Origin: Geosiphon pyriformis uo1
Taxonomy: Eukaryota; Fungi; Glomeromycota
DNA length: 64,000 bases
Direction: 5' to 3'
Assembly: GCA_016748015.1 (NCBI GenBank)
Contig: JAAOMT010000710.1
Span: forward strand, 434,001 to 498,000
Made by a program: the position numbers and the translations under genes
The notes under the pieces: generated by a model
Told to the model about the DNA's origin: nothing
The model's input: only the letters and a program-made list of their open reading frames with translations
The model's database searches: none
Shown here: piece by piece, positions 1 to 12,285 of the stretch
Layout: each line of letters begins with the position of its first letter
Position numbering within the stretch: position 1 is the stretch's first letter

Positions 1-1910
1 TCACAGATCTTATGACTTGCAAGTTCTTAGCTGGTGTTCACTTCACTCTTTGCAGTTTCCAGTTCATATCAGAGTCAACTCTTTAAATAACTTTTTGGCA
101 AGTGTGATTCATATTTTTTCTAAATGTGATCTGTTCTTGAATGTTCCTATGGCTAATGTTTTTAAGTTTCAGAATAAAACTCCTATGTTTCTTGTTTTTG
201 GTAATTCAAATTATTTTAAATATTTTTTTTACTTCAGCATTATAAAATTGCCTTCATAGAACAGTTTTACAACAGTAAAGACACTGTTTTTGATTGGAAA
301 ACCTTCAAGCAGTAGAAGTAGTTGAACTTTTATGGCCCAGTTTCCATTTAGTTTGAGCTTTCTATTTATTTTCTTTGTGATATAATTTCTTTTTCTGTCT
401 ACTTTCTACCTCTGGATGGCTGCAGTTCTATAAACATCTTTAAGTCTTATAAGTTTGAAATTATTTGTAACAGTCTTTTGGGTGTTAAAGCTAATTGACT
501 TTCAGTCTATACAAATGGATTTTTATGTGGTTTGAGAACTCTGAACATAAAGGCTGGTGGTGTAGCTTTTTTTAAGAATGTAGATTTGAATTTGGGTGTT
601 GAGGTCTTTGGTTTGGTATCTTCTATTATGGCAGAGTTGCAGATCATTGTATTGGTTTTTGAGTGTATTTTTTTGTCTTATTCAGTTAACTTATATTTGG
701 AAAGCCAGGCTGCTTTAGATAGTTGCAAGTTGGAATTGAGTTTGGTTTGTTCAGATTTCAGAAATCACTGTTGGATTGAATAATGCCACATTGTAAATAT
801 CATCTGACATAAAAATTTGAATGTTAATTGGCACAAGATTAAAGATCACTCAGATGTTCTAGATAATAAACATGCTGATATGCTTGTCAGAGCTGCTGCT
901 CTCTCTAGTTAGTGCCTTCTGTATTTGGTCAGTAAGCATTATATTAGAGCTGGTGGTGATACTGTTTTTGACAACTCTAGACATTTTGTTTGTGAAGTAT
1001 TTTGGTCAGTTTATTGTGTGCATTGGGAAGTTGGTTCTGGTTCCCAGGTTGTGTTGGATAGTTTATGTACAGATATTGATTGGTTTAGATCATCTTTGAT
1101 ATAACATTCTGACTTTCACATGGCTGTTGGTTTTACCAGCAAATATTCTGCTGAGTTCTGTACTTATTTTATAAAAGCTTTATATTATTGGCTACCTGTC
1201 ATTTTGCACAAAAGGCTTTATAACAAGTGCTATTCCAGTGTAGTATGTTTGTTTTGTGGTAAAGTGGAGGTCTTGGACCATGCTTTTTTTTGTGCTTTTG
1301 ATGCTGCAGATTGTGCTTGGTTATTGAATGCTCATACAACTGCTTGGGAAGCTCTTTCTGGTCTTTTTTACTTTGCTTTTTGTGTTTTATAGTTGTTATC
1401 TATCTGTGTTTCTAATATTGTGATTAGTATAACTCTGTATAAGGACTTTGTTTTTAATAATTGGTATTATAAGTCTGTTTTCATTTTTAAGCATTCCAAA
1501 ATAACAAGTCAAAATATTTTTGATTTTATGCACAGGTTTTGCCTGGCTTTTCAGGACAAATTTTGGTTGGTTTGTGTTAAATACAGAGCTTTTATAGAGA
1601 AAAATAACATGATAAATTCATTTCTGCTTTGGTATTTGAACTTTTTTTGATGCTTTCAGCTAGTGTGATAAAATTATTGGATATAGCTAAAGCTATTGGT
1701 ATTGGTTTTGGTCTTCATAAACCTTGTTTGTTTTTTTCAGATATAGAGGACATGGTTTCTGTTCATATAAGTGTTTAGTGTTGTTCTGACTGACTTGAGT
1801 AACTGGTTATATGTAGAAAGTACATAATTCACATTTAATTTAGATCAATTATATAATATATAGTACTAAGTAGTATTTAAATTTCACTTATTAAATGTAT
1901 AAAAAAAAAT
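1..1910 (+). mobile_element. LINE copy 1, degenerate; 3' part of ORF2 (post-RT linker, RNase H, C-terminal zinc finger), 3' UTR and poly(A); runs off the window start
   Basis: Broken frames give RNase H motifs (YTNG, ESQAALDSC, KIKDHSDVLDNKHAD) and CLFCGKVEVLDHAFFC. Stop at 1776-1778. 3' UTR matches the other copies; A-tract about 1901-1909. Confidence 0.88.
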
Positions 1911-3224
1911 TAGTAATTAATTATTTAAACAATACTAATATGTTTTTTAAAATATTTAATAAATATTTATATTATTTACAACAAATTTTTAAACAATTTA
2001 AATAAGCAAAATTAAAGCTTAATACTAATAAATATTATAAAATAAGTTTAAATTTAATTCAAACAAAATTGTCAAGCTTAAAAACTTAACTAAATTAAAT
2101 TTTTTTTTAAAACTAATTAAATATTATTGCTGATTTATTCAATAATTTTTAAAAATTATTTAATATTTTATTAATTATAAACAAAAAACACTAGTTATAA
2201 ATAGAAAAATTATTTTTTTAATAATTGATTATATTTATAAATTATTAACAAATTTAATAATATTTAAATTTATATTTTTGGTTTGAATTCTAATTATTTA
2301 AATTTTAATATTATAATTATTATAAATAAATATTTAATTAAATATATAAATAAGATTTTTAAGATAACTAATTAGCTATTGTTAATTAGATTGCTTTTTA
2401 AACAAACTTTTAATTACTATTTTGGCACTATATACTAATACTGCTTTAATAATATATATAATTTAAATTTAAAAAATCAAATTTTTAATTGTTAAGAATA
2501 TAAATAAGTTTTCATTTGTAATCTTAAATAGTAATTTCAATAAAAACAGATTTTAAAAATATGTTAGTTTTAAAAAGTATCTTAATTTAAACTTAGTTAA
2601 TTTATTAGTTAAAAGTACAATTGTTAAAGTTATAATATAAAAAAATTTTAAAAATACCAAAAAAACAATTAATTATGTATTTATTTTTGTAAATCTTATT
2701 AATATAAAAAATTTGATAGTATTTTTACTATGCTCTTATCTAGATTCTATAAATTGAAAATTTTAATATTTAAAATTGTCAAAATTTTGCAAATAAAATT
2801 TAATGCTAAGTTTAATTTTTTTTAATAAATTATTGGTTTTTTTTAATAATACTAAAGCTATAAGTATTTTGGTTTTATTAAAATTAAAGACCAGTTATAA
2901 TATTATCAAGTCTGTTTTATTTAATATAAGAAGATTCTATTATATATTTAAGTTTATTAAATCTTAAAAAACTAAAAAATTAAAAATTAGATTATATAGA
3001 AAATTTTAAAATTAATAAAAATTATACTATTAAAAGTATTTTGAAATATTTGTTTTAAAAAATAATTTTAGATTATTTGGTTATGAAAAAAAATTAATTT
3101 TAATTTTAGTATAGTTAAAATAAAAATAGACAATATTATAAAAGATTGAATAAAAAAAAATAATTATGAATATTGTTCTTGTTTTATAATATTTTTAGTA
3201 TTTATTTTTAGTCTATATATATTA

Positions 3225-5613
3225 TTTTTTTTATTCATTTAACAAGTAAGGTTCAAACACTGCCTAGTATAATACATCAAATAATCAATTTAAACTAAAT
3301 ATGAATCATGCATTTTCTACATGTAACCAGCCACTTAAGCTGATCAGGACAATACTAAGCATTTATATAAACAGAAACAGGATATCTAATACCCAAAAAA
3401 AATAAATGAGACTTACAAAACCCAAAACCAACACCAAATGTCTAGTTAATAACTAGTAATTTAACCACATTAACAGAAAACAATAAAAACAACCCAGAAA
3501 CTGATCTTAGAACTGAACTATCACATGGTATCAGCCCATTTTTTTCCATAAAAGCACAATTTTTAACATGAACCAACCAAATCTCTTTCTTAAAAGCAAG
3601 ACAAAAGTCACACACAAAGTTTACAACTTTCTGACTCACAACTTTAGAACCTTTGAAAACAGATACAGCCTTTCAAAACCAAGTTTTAAAGACAAAGTTC
3701 TTGTAAAAAGCTGTACATATTGCAACATTTGAAACACAGAAGAACAATAATTGGAACACACATGAAAAAGAAAAAGAAAAACCAAAAAGTGCATACCAAA
3801 TAGCTACATAGGCATCTAACAAATAATGATGAACAGAATCATTAACTACACAAATAAAAGCATGATCTAAAACCTCAACATTATTATAATACAAACATAA
3901 TACACTAGGATAACATTTGTCATATAGATGCTTCCAAACAGCAACCAGTAATTAATAATGCAAAGCTTTCATAAAGTATATGTAAGTGCCAGCAATAAGC
4001 TTACTAGTGAAACCAATAGCCATGTACAAGTCTGAATGCTATACTAAAAACAAGCTAGGCCAATCAACATCCAAGATCAAACTATTATTCAAAATTCCAA
4101 ACCCAGAACCAACTTCTCAGCATATATAATAAATAGACTGAAAGACCTTACAAACAAAATATCTAAAATTACCAAAAACAACACTATCTTTAGCCAAAAT
4201 ACAATGTTTTTTTAAATTAAGAAGAAAACACCAGAAGAAAAAAGAAGTAGTATCAACAAGTGTATCAGCATATTCATTACCCAAAATGCCTGAATAACTT
4301 TTAACTTTGCACTAACTAACATTTAAATTTTTTTTCTAATAATGTTTACAATATGCTGACACTTAATCCAACACTAATTCCGAAAATCCAGATGCACCAG
4401 ACTCAATTTTAATTTGCATGTATTCAAGGCAACCTAACTGTCTGTAAAAAGGCAAACCAAGCTAAAAAAGGGGACACATTCAAGAGCCAATACAATAGTC
4501 TAAAGCTCTGCCAAAATAGAAGATAACAGATCAAAAACCTTAATCCCAAATTTAAGTTTACATTCTCAAAAAAAACTGTTCATATTAGCACTTCCCAAAT
4601 TTTTTAGAGATTTATCTGTATAAACAGAAAGACTGTTAGCTGTAACATCTAACAAATAATTACAAACATGCCTGAACTTGCTAAATTTCAGAACACTTGA
4701 AAGTCCAAAACCACCCAAAAAAAAAGAATCAGTAAAAAACAAAGCTATATTATTAAGGAAATCAACAAAAAGCTTAAACCAATCAAGAACAGAGCCATAT
4801 AAATCCAGTCTTTTCCAATACTTGAAGGTTTTTTATTTAAAAATAGCACCTTTCTAACTATAAAGCTGCTCTACAAAAGCTATGTCATATTGCTGAAGTA
4901 AAGGGAAAAACCTAAAAAACTCAGACTTACTAAGAACAGCTAACATAGAAATTCTATCCTGAAAATAAAAAGAACTGATTATTAAACCACTTAAAAACAA
5001 ATTGTACTCAAGAAAAATACAAACCACATCTGCTAAAAAGTTATTAGATGAACTGACCTTAATACAAACCAGAGAACTCAAAGAGTGAAGTGAATATCAA
5101 CTCAGAGTCTGCAAGTCAAGAGATTTGTGTGAAAAACAAATGACCCAAAATCCCAACAGAGTTTGCAAAACACAACAGAAGCCACTTTGTTCTCAGTCTG
5201 GACTTGCTTAAAAGTTTTCAAATCATACAACAAAGAGTGATAAAGCACATTACTAAGAAAGTTAAGAAACAGACCAGATTTTAATTTCAAGCCCTTGCAA
5301 ATCAAAGCATCTTACTTCTTACACACTCCAATAAGAACAAAGCTGAACTGTATTTTGTAGCTAACAATAAGATAAAAAACAGCTAACACCAAATACAAAA
5401 ACTGTTTATCCAAAATGGTCTTTCTTAGTACAAGATTGGCAAAAAATCTGACATCTAAATATATTTTAGCCAAGCTAGGCTTTGACAAACCTTTGGTAGA
5501 CAAAAAAATACCCAAGTAGCAATGAGACTCTCTTTTTTTGGTAATGAAAATAAGCAAACTACTGATTAACAAAGAAGAATATTTAACTCTGCAATTGATA
5601 GAAATAGTCATTG
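3225..5613 (-). mobile_element. LINE copy 2, 5'-truncated and degenerate (end of RT, RNase H, zinc finger, 3' UTR, poly(A))
   Basis: ORF fragments ESHCYLGIFLSTKGLSKPSLAK and VEVLDHAFICV are homologous to the other copies. Reverse-complement 3' UTR about 3233-3355; T-tract 3225-3232. Confidence 0.88.
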
Positions 5614-7245
5614 ACTATTTTTTTTTTGCATAGTAAATTTTAATGCTTACAATAAATTGTTGATATTATTTGTTGTCAAGTAAAAATTTATATTGAATCT
5701 GAGTTTATTATTATTTTATGTATTTAATAAATTGTTTTATATTACAATATATAAAATTTTTGTTTTTAAAGAATAGTATTATAAAACTATATTAATTTTT
5801 AATAATATTAAGTTGGTTACTAAAAAGTTAATTAATTTTGTATATAAGTTAAAAATAATTTAGCATGAAAAAATTTGAGTTGTTAAGTCTAAATTTAAAA
5901 TAGTTTTAAAAAAAATGGTTTGATTTTTTATAATAATTTTATACTGCTTGTTATTTGTGATTTTTTTTTTAAAATAAATTTATAATATTATTTTAATTGG
6001 TTTAAATAGCTAATTATATTTAAAAAATAAATAATTTTTACTTAATTTATGTTATTTAATCTGATATATTATGTTAAATAGCAATTAGATTTTATTTGCA
6101 AATTAATAAAAAAATATATAGATTATTATATAACAGAAAATATTTAAGAATTTAAAACAAAAATTATTTAAAGCTTTAGTTTTAATTCATTTAAATTACA
6201 ATAAACTGTTTATAATTATAACTAATATATTAAAAACAACATTAAAAACAGTTTTATTTTAATAAAAACTTGATATTTAATAGTATATATTAATAAAAAT
6301 TTAAATTAATTAAAAAAAATATAAAACTTTAATATTAGAATATTTAATAATTTAATTAACAGCTTTTAAATAAATAAAATATCTTGACAAACTATTTAAT
6401 ATATATACTAATCACAAAAATTTAACATTACTGTAAAAAAAATTAATAAATAATAAAAATATTATATAAAAAATTATATTATTATAATTTAAGTACAAAA
6501 AACATTAAAAAAAAATTATTATTAGTTTATTATAAATAAAACAAGTATAAAAAAACATTAATTTTACTATTATAAATTTAAATAAATAATTAATATGCTA
6601 ATAATTGTATATTAATATTTAATAGTTTAAAAAAAAATTGTCTTAAATTAAATAAAACAAAATACACAACTAATTTAAATATAATTTTATTTACCAAAAT
6701 ATATTATATTAAAAAAACAAAAAAAGCTAAATAAATTATTAAATAATAAAAAAATTAAAAAAAAAACAATTTTATTTAACATATATTTAAATTTAATAAT
6801 AAAATATTTTTATTGTAAAACAATTATTAAAAAAACCAAAAAATTATATTATTGGTCAATTATATATTTAACTATTATATAATAAATAAATTATAAAGAA
6901 CAATAAAAATTAAACAACTATTTAATTAAATTTAATTAATAGCTAAATTTATTTGTTAAAATTTAATATATTTATTATAAATATTTAAATAAATTATTAT
7001 TAAATCAAAGAACATATTTTATAAACTAAATATTAATTAAATTAAGTTAAAAATTTGAATAAAAAAACTATTATTATTATTATTATTATTTTTTATTGTT
7101 TAATAAGTAAGACCCAAATGCTACTTAACACAATATATTAAACTAAGTAATCTAAACTAGATACAAATCATGCACTTTCTACATGTAATCAGCCACTTGG
7201 ACCAATCAGAGCAACACTATGAATCTAACAGAACAGACACTATAC

Positions 7246-7948
7246 TATTACAGTTGAAACCCATAATTTTTATTAGTTATCACATGTATTAGCCACTAAT
7301 GTCATATAATTAGCCATTCTATTTTTAGATAGTGATTATTGACCTGATCAATGACCTGACCATTGACCTGATCATTGACCTGATTATTGACCTGATTATT
7401 GATTTAGTTGTTGACCTGGTCATTGACCACTTTTATTAGCTATATAAGCAATGAATCTCTTAGCTGTAAAAAATTATCTCTCAGATAAGAATCAAATAAA
7501 TAAAAATAACAACTTTCATCTCAATCACTCTCTTATCACTAATTTCCCTTTCCCTATCTTCAAGTATCCGAACATCTTAGGATAAAAGATTACTTGTTGG
7601 CCTTTTTCTAACATATATAATTGTAGCATTTGAAGATTATTTGAATAAACATGACTGAAAAGCACAAGTTGATACCTGATATTGAATTCTAAGAGTGCTG
7701 ACATGAGGCATAGAATTATACCAGTGGTGATCAATTGTTGACAGTACGGACTATCCCTCTACCTTCAGATTCCCCAGTTACCTTTGAAAAGAATAGCGAC
7801 TGAGATATTTTATGAGACTGATTTCGCACATTGAATCCATACTCATTCAATTTGCTCTTTAAAGTTGAATTCCCATTTGATTATTTCTATTACCCTACAA
7901 TCTTGTTCTCCCTTGCTATCTGTTAGCTTGTTACTCCAACCCATAACA
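7246..7948 (+). repeat. 5' LTR of A1 (703 bp)
   Basis: Direct repeat of 14266-14896; ends TATTAC...ATAACA (decayed TG...CA); TATA-like TATATAAG at 7441. Confidence 0.95.
7333..7428 (+). repeat. Eight 12-bp tandem repeats (TGATCATTGACC) in the LTR
   Basis: Units counted directly; the 3' LTR has two units, which accounts for the 72-bp LTR length difference. Confidence 0.92.
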
Positions 7949-7954
7949 TAAAAG

Positions 7955-7971
7955 TGGTGCTCCCTGTGAGG
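7955..7971 (+). promoter_or_regulatory. Primer-binding site of A1 (TGGTGCTCCCTGTGAGG); tRNA-Ile(UAU)-like, tRNA identity tentative
   Basis: Starts with TGG 6 nt after the 5' LTR; a decayed copy is at the same position in A2 (about 39647-39663). Confidence 0.75.
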
Positions 7972-8000
7972 TTGTTAAAATCCACTTTGTTTCCTATTGT

Positions 8001-9551
8001 ATGGGTGATTATTCATACCTGTTACAACAATCAGAAGAACATTTTAAAGCACACAACAAAAATAATCTAGACTTTATTGAACTCAATCCTTTGTCCTCCT
8101 GCTTGATTTGCTTTCTCATTGAAAAACAATCCAGCAGACAATTCCAAGACTTTTGGAACTGGTTCTTGAATGAGCATTTAGCTGAAACCTACACAGCTTA
8201 TACAATCTATTACTTTGACCAAGCTTATTTTGAAGACGACTTTGAAGGAAGAAACAACAGTATCAATCAGCTTTTATATTCTGCAATCTTTGAACAACAG
8301 CCTCCTGATTTTGAATATCTGAATCATCAAATCCACATTTGGATTGCTGCCCATCAATCAACAGAAACTCTTCTTGAAACAGAAGAAGAAAGCTATCAAA
8401 CTGTTCCTGTTTTTGATCTCTTTTCAAGTGAATTAGAACACTCCACACAAACAGTTACACCTGAACCAATGGCTCAAGACTCTCTGCAACAAAACATTCT
8501 GATTGCCCTCCAAGGTATACAGACTGCTTTAGAGTAAAAAAACAACACCCCATTACCATTATTCAGAGATGATGTCCAAGACCCAATTGAATGGTTGGAT
8601 GACTTTAAGAGAGCTGCTACAGCCAACCAATATGATGATGAGTACAAGTTTCAAATTGTTGGTGGCTACCTCCAAGGCTCTCCTGTTACCTAGTTTTCAC
8701 AAGAAACCAATGCTGGTGCTCAACAAAGAATTGTTAGATGGATCCCAGCAAATATTGGAGAAAACAACACCTCTTTTACTATCCAGTTTGAAAACAAATT
8801 CAGAACTCCCATCTTAATATTCAAATGGCATATGGAATTAGAAAGAAGAACCCAAAGTCCTGGTGAAATTGTGACCGAATATGCCAAAGCAATCAGAAAA
8901 CTCATTAAGCGTATAGACTCTAGTAGAAACTGAACTGAAGAGCAAAAGATCCACTCCTTCACAAAAGAATTGAGAACTGATTTATCGTATGCTCTTTGGC
9001 CTTTCTTGGCTTTAAAAGATAATTCCACCATGAATATGACCATTGAACTCGCCCAAAGAATTGAAGACAATTAAAGAATGCATTTGGGATCCACACTTTC
9101 AGTTTTTGCTCTTGCTCCTGTTATGGCTCCTACTTCTCAAATGGTCACTACTTCTTTTGCTGCCCAGACACAAGATCCAAATGAACAATTAATAAATAGA
9201 CTTACAGCAAATTTTGCTCAGCTATTAGAACCATTAGCCCAAGCAGTCAGAGATAACCAGCAATCACAAAGACTCAGATTTAAAAACTGTTTTAATCAGC
9301 CCCAGCAACTCTCTTACCAAAGACAGCAAAATCATGGTTCTTCTGTGTGTTATAGATGTGGATTAACTGGACATTTCTCCAGAGATTGCAACAATCCTCC
9401 ACTGCCTTCTCCAGCTCCCAGAAACAATGACAACCAAAACAACCAACCCAACAACAATGTCCCCAATCAAAGACCCAATCATGCCAACATCAATTTCTTT
9501 GGAGAGAATCTCCTAATTAAAGCCACTGTTTATCAGCCTTTAAACTGGTAG
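8001..9551 (+). pseudogene. gag: A1 gag (N-terminal extension, capsid-like region, CCHC zinc knuckle); several premature stops
   Basis: QDPIEWLDDFKRAATANQY capsid-like segment; CYRCGLTGHFSRDC knuckle. Confidence 0.88.
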
Positions 9552-9582
9552 ACACATCTCCAAAGGGTGAGAGTGCAAGCCA
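9539..9582 (+). promoter_or_regulatory. Putative -1 ribosomal frameshift signal (T TTA AAC plus downstream stem-loop)
   Basis: Heptamer is in the gag frame, one codon (TGG) before the gag stop; pol is open in the -1 frame; conserved in A2 (38071-38077). Confidence 0.75.
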
Positions 9583-12218
9583 ACTAGAAAAAAACTCCTT
9601 TTACACTTTTAACTTAACTGATGATAACCATGACATGAATGAACTAGCAATCAACACCTCAGAACCAACCAGAAAGAAGAAGAAAGCCAAGGTTGATTTT
9701 ATTCTAGACCCCAACAAAGCCTCAACTTCTGCTGCTGATAACAATGAGCCACCAAAGGCTAAAGTTTTTAAGAATCTTCCAAAGTTGGAACCTCCAGAAA
9801 TTGTACAAAAATCTGGACTCTATTCTATTGTCAAAGATCTCATAGAAACCCCAGCACATATTACTTTTGGCCAGTTAATGACCCACCCACAGTTTAGAAA
9901 GGATCTTCGCAAATCCTTGATTCCAAAGAAGAAGACACCAAAAACCAACAAGCACCCTCACCAAGTTGGACTTGCTGACAACAGCAATGTTACTCCTCTG
10001 ATTTGTAAAGCCCAAGTGGCTGAATATTTCATTGACTTAATTCTGAATAGTGGATTATCTGTTAGTGTTAATGCCAAACACTTTTTGGAAGCAATTGGTA
10101 GAAAGATTGATAAACCTTCCACCAGACCAATGACCAACATATATGGTGACAAAAAGAAAGGACTGAGTATTGCCAAAGCTGTTCCTGTCTGCATCAATGG
10201 AATTAGCATTGAAACTGACATGAAAGTTTCTAAAGCCAAGGAATACACTATTATTGTTGGCAATAAATGGCTCAAGAAAGCAAAAACTTTGCTTGATTAT
10301 GAACTTTGTGAATTAACTATCAGATGTGGTGAGAAACTCATTGTGGTTAAGTGTCACTATTGGACAACTCCCCCAGTACCCAAACAAAACCAAGAAGAAG
10401 AACAATCAGATGAATCAGATGATGAAGAAAGTGATAAAGAAGAAGAACAAAAAGAGCAAGAAGAAACTGCTGAACTCACCTATACCATTTTTATCAGCAA
10501 TGGCAAACCACTGGACAATGTTAAAGCAGACAAAGAAGGAATCATTGTGAATGGCAAGCTGATCTGCTGGCCTTATTATGATATCCTTAGAAGAACCTTT
10601 GAAAGAAAACCTGGCAAGAAAGCCAAATACAGTTTTTGGTGGCATGGTCCTTGTGCCCGGTGTTGGTGCAACAAACCCTTGTATTCTCCAAGCGATAAAT
10701 GCAAATCATGTCTGATCTATTACAAAGATTGGGAACCAATCAGTTTGATACCCAGAGAAGAATTGAAAGTAGTACAGAAGTCTTTTGAGAATGAACCACC
10801 TGAGATCCAATCACTGGTTGTGGAACAAAAAGAACTCTCCCCAGAAGAAAGAAAAATAGACATTGAAAATTTGCTGGCTAGAAATAGCCCAGTTATCTCC
10901 AAAAAAGGTGATACCCCTGGACATACTCATGTGATACAACACACCATTACCACCAGAGAAACTCGACCCATCCATTTGAAGCTTTATCAATCCAATCAGT
11001 GCAATGATGAGTTTATCAAGAAAGAGATAAACTGGATAAAAAAACTTGGATTTATACAAAAAATCAAAAGTAAATGGGCTTTCCCAGTTGTAGTGATATT
11101 CAAGAAAGGTGGAACACTACGCTTCTGTGTTGACTACCACCAATTAAATGCCATCACTAAAAGAGACATGTATCCACTTTCCAAGATTGATGCAATGTTA
11201 GATCAATTCAAAGATGCTGTTTTCTTCTCAACCATTGACTTAACTGCTGGATTCTGACAAGTAAAGATGGATTCAAAAAGCAGAAAGAAAACTGCCTTCA
11301 TTATCAAGTATGGCACCTATGAATTTACAGTCATGCCTTTTGGTCTCACCAACACCCCTCTCATCTTTCAATGCTTAATGGATAAAGTATTTGAATCAGT
11401 CAAGGAAAACTTTGTTCTAGTCTATTTGGACGATATAATGGTATACTCAAAAATCTGGGATAAACACCTGGAACATTTGCAAAAGGTTTTTAACCTTCTT
11501 AGAAATGCTGGCCTCAAGATCAACCCAATTAAATCTTTCTTTGAAAGACAATCCACCCAGTTCCTTGGTTATTTTATTACAAAAGATAGAATCTTTCCTG
11601 ACCCAGCCAAAGTTGAAAAAGTCCAAAACATCAAACAACCAATAAATATTCATGAACTATGCTCTTTTCTTGGTTTGGTCTTTTATTATCACAAATTTGT
11701 CAAGGATTTCTCCAAAATTGCCTCTTCTCTCAATCAGCTACTCAGGAAAAATGTCAATTACCATTGGAGAACACATCAGCAAAAAGCCTTTGAAACTTTA
11801 AAAGAAAAACTGGTTATAGAACCCATTCTCAAGCAACCTGATCTAAATTGACCCTTTATCCTCCATACTGATGCATCTGGCTTTGGACTTGGTGCTGTTC
11901 TTTTCCAGAAAGATGAAGATGGCAAAGAACATGCCATAGCCTATGCCAGTAGAACTCTTTCCCCAGCAGAACAGAACTATTCAGTTACTGAACAAGAATG
12001 CTTAGCAGTAGTATGGTCTACCAGTTACTAAAGTAAGTATCTTCTTGGTAGTAACAGATCACCAAGCTTTGGTTTGGCTGCACAACAAAAAGAGGCTAGA
12101 ACACAAATGGATAACTCATTGGATACTTTACTTGGATGAATTTGACTATGATATTTAACATCGCAAAAGAGCTAATCATCAAAATGCCAATGCTCTCTCC
12201 AGACTTACCATCTAGTGA
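9542..12218 (+). pseudogene. pol: A1 pol: aspartic protease, Cys-rich insert, reverse transcriptase, RNase H
   Basis: LILNSG (decayed DSG), [45 protein letters not shown]. Confidence 0.92.
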
Positions 12219-12285
12219 CAGAACAATCTTCTCAAACCAAACCAACTTAATTATTAGTAATTTCCCCTTTTTGACAAACACAATA

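Noticed and set aside
7333-7428. CRISPR-like array
   Set aside because: Head-to-tail 12-mers with no spacers, inside a eukaryotic LTR.
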